64,000 nucleotides of DNA from Candidatus Dojkabacteria bacterium. Its GTDB lineage: Bacteria > Patescibacteriota > Dojkabacteria > JAOAGR01. Shown piece after piece: positions 27,821 through 38,491 of the stretch (position 1 is its first letter; every line of letters begins with the position of its first letter). Under the pieces are notes generated by a model. It ran no database searches. It saw only the letters and a list, made by a program, of their open reading frames with translations, and had not been told where the DNA came from. The translations under genes were made by a program, and so were the position numbers. The stretch spans positions 5-64,004 of the forward strand of contig JAOAGR010000002.1 in assembly GCA_026415655.1 (NCBI GenBank). The letters are read 5' to 3'.

Positions 27821-30112
27821 ATGGCAAAAAAGAAGCAAATAACAATAAAAGATCCAGAAACTAGAGGAATATTTGGTATTATTTGTCTTGCTTTATCATT
27901 ACTTTTGGGTGCTAGTATATTTTTTGAGTCACCTATTATTGATTTTATAAAGAGATATTTTGGTGTTGGGGTTTTTGTAATGACTATTTTTTTGTTTTTG
28001 CTATCTTTACGTTTGCTTGGTGCCAAAAAAAAATATAATACGCCAAAAGTTTTGTTTTTCATATTGTTATTTTTGTTTAGTTTGCTTCCTTTAGTACATA
28101 TATTTGCTGATCCTTTGCGTAGTTTTGAGATAGCCGATTCGGGAGGTTTTGGAGGATTAATTGGTTATTATCTATTGCTACAATTCAAGGTTTTGGGTCT
28201 TGAAGCAACTTTTATTTTACTTGCGTTATCAACAGTCTTTTCGTTGTTGATGGCATTAAATCTTTCGTTTGAGCAGATAGGTAATTTCCTTTCTCTGTGT
28301 TTTGAACTATTTATTAAACTAATCAATTTTTTTGTTGAAATATCAATAAAAGTAATATTATTTATCCAAAAAGCCTTAGATAAGAAAAAAAGTCTTGAAG
28401 TTAATATTTCTCTTCAAAAAAATGAAAAAACTAAAAAAAGTGAGAATAAAGATATTGAAAAATCAGAATCGGATGAAGTTTCTATCAATTTATCTCCGAT
28501 AAAAATGGTTAGTGATATCTCAACGGCAGTTAAGTCTTTTACAGAATCTAAACCTGATGTTGAGATTAAAATTAAAGATGACAAATCAAACTCTGAGAAT
28601 CTAGTTAAAAAGACAAATGTACAACCTGTACCACTAGATTTATCATTGAGGCAGTATCCTGATTGGCAACTCCCACCACTTGATATATTAGATCCTATAA
28701 AACCAAAACAACAAGATTCTAAAGAAGTCATAGAAAGAAAAGCAAGGGCAATTATAGAGACCTTAAATAGTTTTAATATTAAAGCTGAAATTTTAGGTTA
28801 TTCTATAGGACCTACGGTTACACAATTTTTTATTGATCCGGCAGCTGGTATTAAATTCTCAAAAATAGCTAATCTGTCAAAGGATTTGGCATTAACTCTG
28901 GCATCTCCTTCGGATCTACGCATAGAACTTGTTCCGGGTAAGTCATATATTGGTATTGATGTACCGAATGACATACGGCAAACTACACAATTACGTGAAG
29001 CAATAAAACCAATTTATGACAATCCAAACAAATACACACTTGGCCTTGCTGTTGGTATAGATATACAGGGTAATCCTGTATGTCGAGATTTAGCATCAGC
29101 CCCTCATTTGTTGGTTGCTGGTGCTACAGGGCAGGGTAAATCTGTTTTAGTTAATGCATTCATTATCAGCTTATTGATGAGAAAAACTCCTGATGAATTA
29201 AAGTTTATATTGATCGATCCCAAAATGGTTGAGATGGCTCCATATGATGGAATTCCTCACCTACTTACTCCACCAATAACAGATATGTCAAAAGCTTCAT
29301 CGGCTCTTAAATGGGCTGTCAACGAAATGGAAGAACGTTATAAGATATTGAAAGAAGCTGGAGTTAGAAATATTGCTGATTACATAGCAATAACAGGTAA
29401 ATTGATGCCATATATAGTAATTATCGTTGACGAGTTCTCTGATTTGATGATGCAATATAGACAGGACGTTGAGACCTCGATTATTCGCCTTGCTCAGAAA
29501 TCCCGTGCAGTTGGCATACATTTGATTATCGCCACGCAGAGACCAACAGCAGATGTTATCACGGGGCTTATTAAATCAAATATACCAGCGCGTATTGCAC
29601 TTGCTGTTGCTTCTTCTATGGATTCCCGAGTAATCTTAGATTCTACTGGTGCTGAGACACTTCTCGGTAAAGGAGATCTTTTAGTGAAGACCGCAAATGA
29701 CCTCAAACCAAGTCGCGTTCAGGGGGTATTTATTGATGATAAAGGTGAAAATAGTGAATTTTATAGAATACTGAATTTTATAAAAAAACAGGCACCTGAT
29801 GTGGTGTATAACGATGAAAGCATACTCAAAGCGGGAGTTGAATCAGAAGGAATAAATGGAGAAGTAATGTCTGATGATCCATTATTTAGACAAGCGGCTG
29901 AGATTGTTGTGTCTGCTCAGAAAGGATCAGCTTCACTTTTGCAAACAAAAATGAAAATCGGATATGCGCGTGCAGCAAGACTTATCGATGAGCTAGAAAT
30001 GGCTGGTATTGTTGGACCGCAAGATGGACCTAGGCCGAGAGAAGTGTTGATATCCTCACTAGAAGCTTTAGACGCATTTTTTAATCAAAGAGAAGAAGTA
30101 GCAAATAATTGA
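27821..30112 (+). CDS. ftsK: DNA translocase FtsK/SpoIIIE
   Basis: 763 aa; N-terminal TM helices, acidic linker, motor domain with Walker A AGATGQGKS and FILIDPKMVE, C-terminal gamma wHTH. Confidence 0.92.
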   Translation: MAKKKQITIKDPETRGIFGIICLALSLLLGASIFFESPIIDFIKRYFGVGVFVMTIFLFLLSLRLLGAKKKYNTPKVLFFILLFLFSLLPLVHIFADPLRSFEIADSGGFGGLIGYYLLLQFKVLGLEATFILLALSTVFSLLMALNLSFEQIGNFLSLCFELFIKLINFFVEISIKVILFIQKALDKKKSLEVNISLQKNEKTKKSENKDIEKSESDEVSINLSPIKMVSDISTAVKSFTESKPDVEIKIKDDKSNSENLVKKTNVQPVPLDLSLRQYPDWQLPPLDILDPIKPKQQDSKEVIERKARAIIETLNSFNIKAEILGYSIGPTVTQFFIDPAAGIKFSKIANLSKDLALTLASPSDLRIELVPGKSYIGIDVPNDIRQTTQLREAIKPIYDNPNKYTLGLAVGIDIQGNPVCRDLASAPHLLVAGATGQGKSVLVNAFIISLLMRKTPDELKFILIDPKMVEMAPYDGIPHLLTPPITDMSKASSALKWAVNEMEERYKILKEAGVRNIADYIAITGKLMPYIVIIVDEFSDLMMQYRQDVETSIIRLAQKSRAVGIHLIIATQRPTADVITGLIKSNIPARIALAVASSMDSRVILDSTGAETLLGKGDLLVKTANDLKPSRVQGVFIDDKGENSEFYRILNFIKKQAPDVVYNDESILKAGVESEGINGEVMSDDPLFRQAAEIVVSAQKGSASLLQTKMKIGYARAARLIDELEMAGIVGPQDGPRPREVLISSLEALDAFFNQREEVANN

Positions 30113-30128
30113 CAAGCAAATTATAATT

Positions 30129-30737
30129 TTGGGTATGGCAGATGATAAAAGAAATCAAGCAAGAAAAGATAATCAAAAAGAAGAAGTAGAACAGAAATTA
30201 CATTCTGAACAAAATCAAGAGCAATTATTGGTAGAACAACAAGTTAATACACAGCAAAAAGATAAATTGGATGAAGATCAAAATATCGGAACTGAAGCTC
30301 AAGAACTGAGTGAAAGGCCTTTGGAAGATTATAAAGATAAATATATTCGACTACAGGCAGAATTTGCTAATTTTGCACGTCAAAAGGAACAAGAGGTTTT
30401 ATCTGCTACCAAGTTTGCCAAAAATAATATATTGTTGAGAGTCCTAGAAGTTATTGACGATATCGAGGCTTATTTGGCACAGGAAAATATAAATGAAGAG
30501 GTAAAAAATATTTTAAATATTTTGCTAGCCAAATTGAATCTCCTTATAACTCTTGAGGGGGTAACTGTAGTGGAAATTAACCCTGGCGATGATTTTGACT
30601 ATACAATAGCTGAAGTTGTAGATACCACCCCATCTCAAGATGACTCCCAGAAGGGTAAAGTAGCTTATGTGATCAAGAAATGCTATAAGATTTATGATAA
30701 AGTATTAAGAACAGCAAAAATAATTGTATTCAAATAA
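30129..30737 (+). CDS. grpE: nucleotide exchange factor GrpE
   Basis: 202 aa; coiled-coil N-terminal (YIRLQAEFANFARQ) and C-terminal beta domain of GrpE. Confidence 0.85.
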   Translation: MGMADDKRNQARKDNQKEEVEQKLHSEQNQEQLLVEQQVNTQQKDKLDEDQNIGTEAQELSERPLEDYKDKYIRLQAEFANFARQKEQEVLSATKFAKNNILLRVLEVIDDIEAYLAQENINEEVKNILNILLAKLNLLITLEGVTVVEINPGDDFDYTIAEVVDTTPSQDDSQKGKVAYVIKKCYKIYDKVLRTAKIIVFK

Positions 30738-31621
30738 TGAAGAAATATATTAGGAAGCGGATACTTCGTATCAAGTATACGGATCTTATTCAGCCACTAT
30801 TTACTCTAGTAATATTGGGATTTATTGGATTTTTGATTTTTAATATGTTTGGCGAAAGCCAAACACGAGAACAGAAAGTAATAAAGGAAATTTATAAAAT
30901 ATTTACTTTTGATGAAATGGTGCAAAACATGACCAGTGGAAAATTGCAGATACTTACTAATGGCGTCATATACTTTTATACTGATAATACAAGCTCGATT
31001 GACACTCCTAATGCAAGTCCGAGTACTTTATCGATAACAAATACAACTACAACAAATACCCCAACACCTACGAAAACAACAACGGTTGAACGCAAACTAG
31101 ACAATCATTATTTTTATACTGAAAAGGGTAATCTGATAAGAGTAGAGGATAGAAATTTTGGTGCTAATAATACAATTTTTGTTGATAAGGATGGTTCTGT
31201 GGTTGTAGCTTCTGGATTGACAGGTAAATATATTAGATACCCCGAACCAGCTGATGATGAAAGCGATGAAATAAAATCTATTTTTTTAGGCATGAGAAAT
31301 TTTATTACTAGTATATATCCAATAGGAGCATTAATTAATGATTATAAAAATGAAAAATTTTTTCCTGTGGAAAGAGCTAATAACATATTTAGTGGTAAAT
31401 GGAGACATCCACTTTTTACATCTGACAAAGTATTAGATGTTATCATAAGTGTAGATGGTGCTACAGGTTTTGTAGACACTATCAAGATTGCTACGGTGCC
31501 AGAGACATCTATTACTCTACAGGTACGAACACTTAATGAAAACTATGATTTTTATTTTTTACCACAGGGATATAAAGAACAAGAATTAGATTACAAATAT
31601 CGTACAAAAAATAATAAATGA
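30737..31621 (+). CDS. hypothetical N-terminally membrane-anchored protein with Thr/Pro-rich linker
   Basis: 294 aa; one N-terminal TM helix, low-complexity TNTTTTNTPTPTKTTT segment, ATGA overlap with grpE stop. Confidence 0.5.
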   Translation: MKKYIRKRILRIKYTDLIQPLFTLVILGFIGFLIFNMFGESQTREQKVIKEIYKIFTFDEMVQNMTSGKLQILTNGVIYFYTDNTSSIDTPNASPSTLSITNTTTTNTPTPTKTTTVERKLDNHYFYTEKGNLIRVEDRNFGANNTIFVDKDGSVVVASGLTGKYIRYPEPADDESDEIKSIFLGMRNFITSIYPIGALINDYKNEKFFPVERANNIFSGKWRHPLFTSDKVLDVIISVDGATGFVDTIKIATVPETSITLQVRTLNENYDFYFLPQGYKEQELDYKYRTKNNK

Positions 31622-31624
31622 AAG

Positions 31625-33562
31625 TCATTTTATCCATCTACAGTTAAGTTTTCTATTGTTTTCTAAATTGGCTATATTTGGGCATACCGATCTATGTATT
31701 TTTATACCACTAAATCTTGTAACAACAGCTATGATATCATCACCAAAAATGGGCTTACAGCACTTAGCAAACTGATATTCGCTATTTTCTAAACCGTCAA
31801 TAATTATAGTCTTGTTAGTTTTGCCTGTTATGTTGGTTGATCTATTATCCTGTTTTGACGATTTAAAAATGTTGTGATTATCCTGAGATATTGTTTCTTT
31901 TATTATAGATTCTAATGTTCGATTTTTGATTAATCCCTGTGCTATACGTACAAATAAAGTTTCTTCGCTATCCAAATTTAACTTTTGTATTATCTTTTCT
32001 TTATTTTGCGTAGTAATTTTTTTCCATGAGAGAGTAAAATGTTCATTTAATACAAAGTCAAGTTTGATTTTTCCTATATTGATTAGCTCTTCTTTTTGTA
32101 CAAATTTACGATATTCGGACCTAATTTTATCCTTTGTAGATTTCATCCTGGCTATTTCGAGCCATGATAATGAGGGCTTCTTATTGGTCTTCGAAGTTAT
32201 AATTTCTACAATATCCGCATTGTTCAAAACATAATTCATTTTTACATGTGAATTGTTGACCTTAGCGCCGATAAAGTTGTTACCAACGGCTGTATGGATA
32301 GCATATGCAAAATCTATGGGTGTTGAACCTTTTTCCAATTCAATTATTTTTCCTTTTGGTGTGATGACGAAAATTCTGTCATCAAACAGATTTATACTAT
32401 AGTCGATACCTTGAGACCATTTGTTTAGATCTTCTGTCCACTTATATTCGGTATTTGCGTGTACATGTTTACGATTTGCTAATTTATAGGCAATATGTGA
32501 GGCGGGGCCAAATTCGTTATAATGATGCATATCTTCTGTTTTGATCTGTATCTCTACAAAATGATGCCCATATTGAATTGTAGTCTGTAAAGATTTATAT
32601 CCATTTGGTTTTGGTTTGGCTATATAATCATCAAATTCTCCCGGTAAGTAATCTAGATTTTGATGAACTATTCCAAGTATTGTATAACAATCTTTAGGTT
32701 CTCCATTTATAACTACAGATATTGCTATAAGATCCTTTATTCTGTTAATTTTGTCAAGATCAAATTCTTTTATTTTGCCTTCACGAATGTATTTATGTAT
32801 TTTATTATAAATAGAATAAACTGATTTAATCCTACCAAATATTCGATAGGGAAATGATATATTATTGATTTTAATTAGTTCATCAACTTTTTGAATTATT
32901 TTGGCTAAAGTAGAAGGGTTAATTTTGATCTCTTCTTGTACTACACGTTTTATATTGTGATAAAGTAATGGGTCTTTTTTGAAAAATGCTATATCCTCAA
33001 GTTCTCTTTTCCAAGAGTGTATACCTATATATTCACAAAGTTGCACATAGACGTTGAGTGTTTCAATTGCATATCTTTGTTGTTTTTCTGGTTTTAGCGC
33101 ATCGATTGTGCGCATATTATCGAGTCTATCAGCAAGTTTTATAAGTAAAATTCTTATATCCTGTACTGATCTGATGATTAGCTTTCTCAGATTATCGAAT
33201 TCTGAATACCTTTCTAATGATCTATCAGCTATTGCATCTACTTTTGTTACACCATCAACAAGTGTTGCAATCTCCCATCCAAATTTTTCAGCAATATATT
33301 TTTTATCAACATTGCAATCTTCAATAGTGTCATGCAGTAGTGAGGCTGCAACAGCTTCTTCGCTAATACCAAGTTTTGCTATATCAATGGATACTCTCAT
33401 GGGATGGACTATATATGGGTCACCACTTTTGCGTAACTGTCCTTCATGTAATTTATATGCCTCGTTAAAGACTTTAATAATAAGATTAATATCGTATCCT
33501 TTCTCAGTACACACATTCAATAATTCTTGTTTGAGTGTTTGAATATCCGTGTTAACTTTCAT
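31625..33562 (-). CDS. bifunctional (p)ppGpp synthetase/hydrolase, long RSH (Rel/SpoT-like)
   Basis: 645 aa; HD hydrolase (HPMRV ... HDTIEDC), synthetase (GRIKSVYSIYNK), TGS domain, Cys-rich zinc-finger domain (CCKPIFGDDII...HRSVC); appears to lack terminal ACT/RRM. Confidence 0.88.
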   Translation of the reverse strand: MKVNTDIQTLKQELLNVCTEKGYDINLIIKVFNEAYKLHEGQLRKSGDPYIVHPMRVSIDIAKLGISEEAVAASLLHDTIEDCNVDKKYIAEKFGWEIATLVDGVTKVDAIADRSLERYSEFDNLRKLIIRSVQDIRILLIKLADRLDNMRTIDALKPEKQQRYAIETLNVYVQLCEYIGIHSWKRELEDIAFFKKDPLLYHNIKRVVQEEIKINPSTLAKIIQKVDELIKINNISFPYRIFGRIKSVYSIYNKIHKYIREGKIKEFDLDKINRIKDLIAISVVINGEPKDCYTILGIVHQNLDYLPGEFDDYIAKPKPNGYKSLQTTIQYGHHFVEIQIKTEDMHHYNEFGPASHIAYKLANRKHVHANTEYKWTEDLNKWSQGIDYSINLFDDRIFVITPKGKIIELEKGSTPIDFAYAIHTAVGNNFIGAKVNNSHVKMNYVLNNADIVEIITSKTNKKPSLSWLEIARMKSTKDKIRSEYRKFVQKEELINIGKIKLDFVLNEHFTLSWKKITTQNKEKIIQKLNLDSEETLFVRIAQGLIKNRTLESIIKETISQDNHNIFKSSKQDNRSTNITGKTNKTIIIDGLENSEYQFAKCCKPIFGDDIIAVVTRFSGIKIHRSVCPNIANLENNRKLNCRWIK

Positions 33563-34568
33563 AATTTATTGAATATTTTGTACTTTTACCGTTTCCCTCC
33601 GACTTTAATATACCCTTATCACATAAATATATTAAGTCTCTATATGCTGTCATCGGAGAGACTTTAAATAATTTGCAGTATTCATTACGATTAATATAAA
33701 CTTTTTTTCTTAAGATATTAATTAGATTAATTTGCCTTTCATTGAGATCTAAATTTTCTAATTTGTTTTCAAATGACGCAAATAAAGTTCTATTTCTTAA
33801 CTCAAGAATGTTGTAAAACTCTTTTGAAACAAGATTTATGAGCTCTGTTACAAAATTTTCTGAATTAATGTTTTTTCTAATAAAATTATCTAGATCAGGA
33901 ATTTGTAGTATAGATAATGCCGTTGGTATAGTACCGTGTAGATCGTATTGATAATAATGTAGCACTAGTTTAAATAATAGTATTCCAACAATAAAATTAA
34001 ATGCATAAAATGGTGCGGTACTAGTTATAATGGCAAATATTATTATAGATTTAATAACAGGGTGAATTTCTTTCTTTAAAGATGCGTAATTGATCGTTTC
34101 TATAGTGATATTATTTGTATTTTCAATTTTGGGATATTCTATAAAGTTTGGATCGTAAGCCTCTTTATTTTTTATTTTTTCATACGTATTACGTGTACGG
34201 CTAATATAAATTTCACTGATGAGATTTTTTTGTGTAAATCTTAGTATTTGTTGTAAATCATAAAAATCAATTTCGGTTGTAGTATTTTTATTTAATATAT
34301 ACTGATTCGCATCAAAATAATTTTTCGCTATCCATTCCTCTTTTGTCTTGGCAATGCCAGTGTTAATTATCTTTCTAACATCTCCTCTACTGATTTGTAG
34401 GTGTATAAGATTAAAAATATATAATATTTCCTCTTCTATGGATAAGTTTTGTAGTTCTTCTTTTTTTTTAATATTCTGATCTATCGTTTTATTAATATAG
34501 TATATAAGAGCCTCTATCTTTGATATATAAACAAGAGCTGGATCACTGATTTTATATAATATCTCCAT
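33552..34568 (-). CDS. hypothetical protein, possible degenerate Fic/Doc-like core with C-terminal winged-helix HTH
   Basis: 338 aa; IHPVIKS... where Fic proteins carry HPFx[DE]GNGR; C-terminal NERQINLINILRKK...TAYRDLIYLCDKGIL...GKSTKY wHTH common in Fic family. Confidence 0.3.
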   Translation of the reverse strand: MEILYKISDPALVYISKIEALIYYINKTIDQNIKKKEELQNLSIEEEILYIFNLIHLQISRGDVRKIINTGIAKTKEEWIAKNYFDANQYILNKNTTTEIDFYDLQQILRFTQKNLISEIYISRTRNTYEKIKNKEAYDPNFIEYPKIENTNNITIETINYASLKKEIHPVIKSIIIFAIITSTAPFYAFNFIVGILLFKLVLHYYQYDLHGTIPTALSILQIPDLDNFIRKNINSENFVTELINLVSKEFYNILELRNRTLFASFENKLENLDLNERQINLINILRKKVYINRNEYCKLFKVSPMTAYRDLIYLCDKGILKSEGNGKSTKYSINYES

Positions 34569-34622
34569 TAGGTAAAATTATACCATCATAAACAGACTAC
34601 TTGCTTTAGCTTATATTCAGTT

Positions 34623-36926
34623 TTAAGGATTGTTGACTTCGGTTTGGTTTTTTTCTTTCGAATTGTTCTCTTCACAGAATTTTATGTCATTATCTATATC
34701 CCAAATCATATATAAATCTCTGTTCGCAAGCTTATCTTTCGACTCTTTAAATAAATTATAGATTTTTAAAGCCTCTGTACATTGGTTAGTAAGTTTATAT
34801 AAATCAGCTAATCCTTCATTATATTCATCCAAAATAGGTAAATAGATTATTGCCTCTTGAATATAAGGTGATGCCTGATTTGGATTTGCAGTATCGAGAA
34901 AGATTCTTCCGATCCTGAAAAGTGTATCAGGATGACGATTGTAAAGAGTCAATACATTTTGGAAGTAGGTTAAAGCGGTATTATAAGCATCAAAGTTCAT
35001 ATTTTGTCCATCAGAGAAGGTATTTTGTAATCTTCCAATCTCATAATAATAGTACCCCATCAAATAGTGATTTTTATATTCATAAGGATTATTTGCGATT
35101 GCACGATTAAGAAGTGTTATATTGTTATTGATAGTACTATTAATAAAATTCTGGTCTTCTTCAGAAATTTGATAATTTGAATCCACTCTTTTGTTTACAA
35201 TCAGTTCGTTAACTTTGTTAGTTAATATATTTAATTGAGCTGTTGAAAATTCTCTTAAATAAATGTCATTATATGGCTGCCACGATATAGCGTTTAACAC
35301 ATTATTGGTATACTGAGAAAATAGCTTTTCATCATTTGAGCTTCTAGAATATTCAATCAAATATTTTTTTGCAGCATTAATATAATAGTTACCAATTCCT
35401 ATAGGCAATAGACTATAAATTGTAAAACTAATTACTATTAGTATTATTATTGGTACAACATAATTAAATCCGACTATTGGTTTGGAGAATCTACCTTTTG
35501 CAAAGAGTAAAATTTTTGATGCAGGATTTTCTATATTCATAAATGAAACAAGTAATATGTTAGTAAAGAATGCAAGCATCAATGCTGTAGTGTCTAGTCT
35601 ATAAAGAAGCATAAAGAAAAATATGAATGCATTTGTTGTACCTAAAAATACGGTAGTAAAATCATAATTGTAAATACCGTTTTGGATCATTCTAAATATT
35701 GGCCATAAAAATATTAATATTATCAGTAAGATCCCCATCACGCCTAAATCGTGAATTATTTGAAGTACAAATGTAGATGCATGTATGGCTCGTAGCTCAT
35801 AAACAGATGGTGCCTGTGCGTTTATGGTGAGAGGAGTCTGGATTTGCCCATTGATATTTGCTGGATTTTGTAACCCTGATGGTTTATATATATCAAAGGT
35901 ATACATATAAGATCCAAATCCATTACCAAGAAGAATTGAATTAATGTTAGATTGAGAATATTTAGATAATATAACTCGCCAAGATAAATCAATACTTTGA
36001 GTGCGTACAGAGGGTAAGAGTATACCTAGTTGAGCCAGAATTATGTAAGAAATAATACCAACTAACCATGGAATTATCACGATTAAATGAAAAATTATTG
36101 ATTTAAATTTAATTGATGTCCTTGCTGTTGAATACATAAATACAATAAACGCTACAATTAAACTGGTCTCAAAGATTGGTATAGGAAGTGAGATAATTTT
36201 TGTCACTAAAAAGAACGATAGTATATTAACAAGTGTTGCAAGTAAATCAATAATTAAAATAATCTGATTTTTTCTAATAGAGAGTTCAGAGTTTAATATA
36301 CGAATAATATTTATATATCCTAAACATATTGCAATAAAAAATACAAAAGCTGCAGATCTTAGATCTCCACTAGGATAGAAATTTACATTATTGACGAAAT
36401 TGCTTAATGATGGATTGGAGATAATAAATTCTGTGCTCAACCTTATAATTAAATACGATCCGGATAAGCTAATACCAATGTATATTGCTCTCAATAAAGG
36501 GAAAAAATTCGATCTATTTTCAATAATGTTCAAAGATAAAAACGCGAATATAATTAGATTTATGCATTCAATAAATGAATTATCTATAGTATAAAAATTA
36601 CCAAACATATTATTCAGATAGAAAGGTGAATAAAATATAGAAAATATACTCAAAAGCCCAAGAAGAATTATAAATATGTTGTGTGATGTAAAAATGAATC
36701 TTATTTCTTTTTCTTTGTATATCTTATAGAACCAGTACGCAAGCAAAGATAAATTGATAATAGATAATATTAGAACTTTAGAAAAGGTCAATGATCCAAA
36801 GTAGCTTAGCGAATCAAAATATATGTTTGGGTTAATATATGGATTAAAGAAAAAGAAAAATAAGGAAATCAAAATATAAAATACATACTTTGCATCTATT
36901 TTTTTTAACACAGAGTTTATATTCAT
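34623..36926 (-). CDS. large polytopic membrane protein, O-antigen-ligase/Wzy-like core with C-terminal TPR-like repeats
   Basis: 767 aa; ~12 hydrophobic helices, large extracytoplasmic loop, C-terminal ~250 aa helical-repeat region. Confidence 0.5.
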   Translation of the reverse strand: MNINSVLKKIDAKYVFYILISLFFFFFNPYINPNIYFDSLSYFGSLTFSKVLILSIINLSLLAYWFYKIYKEKEIRFIFTSHNIFIILLGLLSIFSIFYSPFYLNNMFGNFYTIDNSFIECINLIIFAFLSLNIIENRSNFFPLLRAIYIGISLSGSYLIIRLSTEFIISNPSLSNFVNNVNFYPSGDLRSAAFVFFIAICLGYINIIRILNSELSIRKNQIILIIDLLATLVNILSFFLVTKIISLPIPIFETSLIVAFIVFMYSTARTSIKFKSIIFHLIVIIPWLVGIISYIILAQLGILLPSVRTQSIDLSWRVILSKYSQSNINSILLGNGFGSYMYTFDIYKPSGLQNPANINGQIQTPLTINAQAPSVYELRAIHASTFVLQIIHDLGVMGILLIILIFLWPIFRMIQNGIYNYDFTTVFLGTTNAFIFFFMLLYRLDTTALMLAFFTNILLVSFMNIENPASKILLFAKGRFSKPIVGFNYVVPIIILIVISFTIYSLLPIGIGNYYINAAKKYLIEYSRSSNDEKLFSQYTNNVLNAISWQPYNDIYLREFSTAQLNILTNKVNELIVNKRVDSNYQISEEDQNFINSTINNNITLLNRAIANNPYEYKNHYLMGYYYYEIGRLQNTFSDGQNMNFDAYNTALTYFQNVLTLYNRHPDTLFRIGRIFLDTANPNQASPYIQEAIIYLPILDEYNEGLADLYKLTNQCTEALKIYNLFKESKDKLANRDLYMIWDIDNDIKFCEENNSKEKNQTEVNNP

Positions 36927-37015
36927 AGCGTATTATCTATTATTTAACATTTATGACCATACCTTGCAAGAATTAAAATTTGGTTGCTTAAAATGTTATA
37001 ATGTAGTAGATTTTT

Positions 37016-38470
37016 ATGTTAAATATAAAAAATTTGCTTTATAAACGTTTTGAAAAAATTGATCGTCGTTCAAATCTGATTAAACTAAGCCATATAAAAA
37101 AAAGATTAGAAAGTCAATCAAAAGAGATAAACATTGATGGGAAAAAAACAAATTTTAGAAAAGAGATAATCAAATTTTTATTAAAAACAATGGGATTTAT
37201 ATTGCTTTTTTTTATATCAACTTTTCAAAAATTAAATAAATTTAATCGACGTGTTTTTAATAAAGTAAGATTGTATTCTAATTATATTAATGGAGTATAT
37301 AAAAAATACTTATTATCTTTATCATTAATACTTCTTTTCGTTGTCAGTATTTTTTTTTATTTATTTACAGGTAATAATAAATTTGAGCTTTTTTCAAAAT
37401 ATTCCGACTATAACAACCAAGGAAGACTTTACGAGATAATGTCTAGTCGTTCGGTAGATATAGGTATGTTTTCAACTAGACAGTTACGAATTATTCAACA
37501 TATAGTCAAAGAAGGGGATACCTTAGAAAGTATTGCAAATAAATATAGTACAGAAGATAATAAAATAAGTGTTGATTCTATAATTTGGACTAATGGTCTC
37601 AAACCTAATCAGATCCTCAAGCCGGGAATGATGCTAGAAATACCACCGGTAAACGGAATTATACACACAGTAAAGAGTGGAGAAAATATTATTAGCATAG
37701 CCAAAAAATACAACCTACTGACTGACAACTCGTCTAACGAAGCAGTTTTGGGAATAACACAGCAAATAGTAGATATAAATCTACTTGATGTAATAACTAA
37801 GCTTGATGATAAAGGAGAAGAGTATAAAGAAATAATTATAGTTGAAGGGCAGAAACTCATTATACCAGGCGGATATATTAAGCCTACCCCTACACCTACC
37901 CCAAGACCGCGTCAGCCAGTATATGCGAACAATACTAACAATAACCAAAATAATAATGTAGCTGTTTCCGATGGGTATCTAAGGTGGATATTAACATCTG
38001 GACCAACAAATGGAACTTATGCACTTTGTAAAGAAGATCCACCAATATCAGGTGTAGAGGAGGATGGATGGATATGGCCTGTCTATGAAGGAATTGGAGT
38101 TATTACAAATTATTTTAATAGATATTATCATAAAGGATTAGACATCGCTTATGGATCTAGCAACTATGGTCCATACTTAGTTTCTATGGCCAATGGATAT
38201 ATATTTTCTATGAGATGGGAAAATGGGGGAGGGGCCTATGTTGCGCGTGTTATGACTGATTCTGGATATATTTTGGGGTATTCTCACATGGCATGTTTTA
38301 GGAAAGATTTGTACGAGGCTTTAATGCGTGGTGAAAAAGTTCGCATAAAAAAGGGAGAAATTATCGGAAGAATGGGTAATACAGGTAATAGTACGGGGCC
38401 ACACGTACATTTAGAAGTTATTCAGGGGGGAGTTTATTTAGATCCGTGTGTAGTTATTGATAGATGTTAA
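37016..38470 (+). CDS. LysM-domain M23 family (LytM-like) peptidoglycan endopeptidase
   Basis: 484 aa; N-terminal TM, two LysM-like segments (HIVKEGDTLESIANKY; HTVKSGENIISIAKKYN), Pro/Thr linker, C-terminal M23 motifs HKGLDIAYG ... GNTGNSTGPHVHLEV. Confidence 0.85.
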   Translation: MLNIKNLLYKRFEKIDRRSNLIKLSHIKKRLESQSKEINIDGKKTNFRKEIIKFLLKTMGFILLFFISTFQKLNKFNRRVFNKVRLYSNYINGVYKKYLLSLSLILLFVVSIFFYLFTGNNKFELFSKYSDYNNQGRLYEIMSSRSVDIGMFSTRQLRIIQHIVKEGDTLESIANKYSTEDNKISVDSIIWTNGLKPNQILKPGMMLEIPPVNGIIHTVKSGENIISIAKKYNLLTDNSSNEAVLGITQQIVDINLLDVITKLDDKGEEYKEIIIVEGQKLIIPGGYIKPTPTPTPRPRQPVYANNTNNNQNNNVAVSDGYLRWILTSGPTNGTYALCKEDPPISGVEEDGWIWPVYEGIGVITNYFNRYYHKGLDIAYGSSNYGPYLVSMANGYIFSMRWENGGGAYVARVMTDSGYILGYSHMACFRKDLYEALMRGEKVRIKKGEIIGRMGNTGNSTGPHVHLEVIQGGVYLDPCVVIDRC

Positions 38471-38491
38471 TCTAAATATTAAAATCAATTT

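Noticed and set aside
31625-33562. RSH protein apparently lacking the terminal ACT/RRM domain
   Set aside because: Length (645 aa) is only modestly short and C-terminal Cys-rich zinc-finger domain is present; could simply be family variation, not worth a separate finding without alignment.
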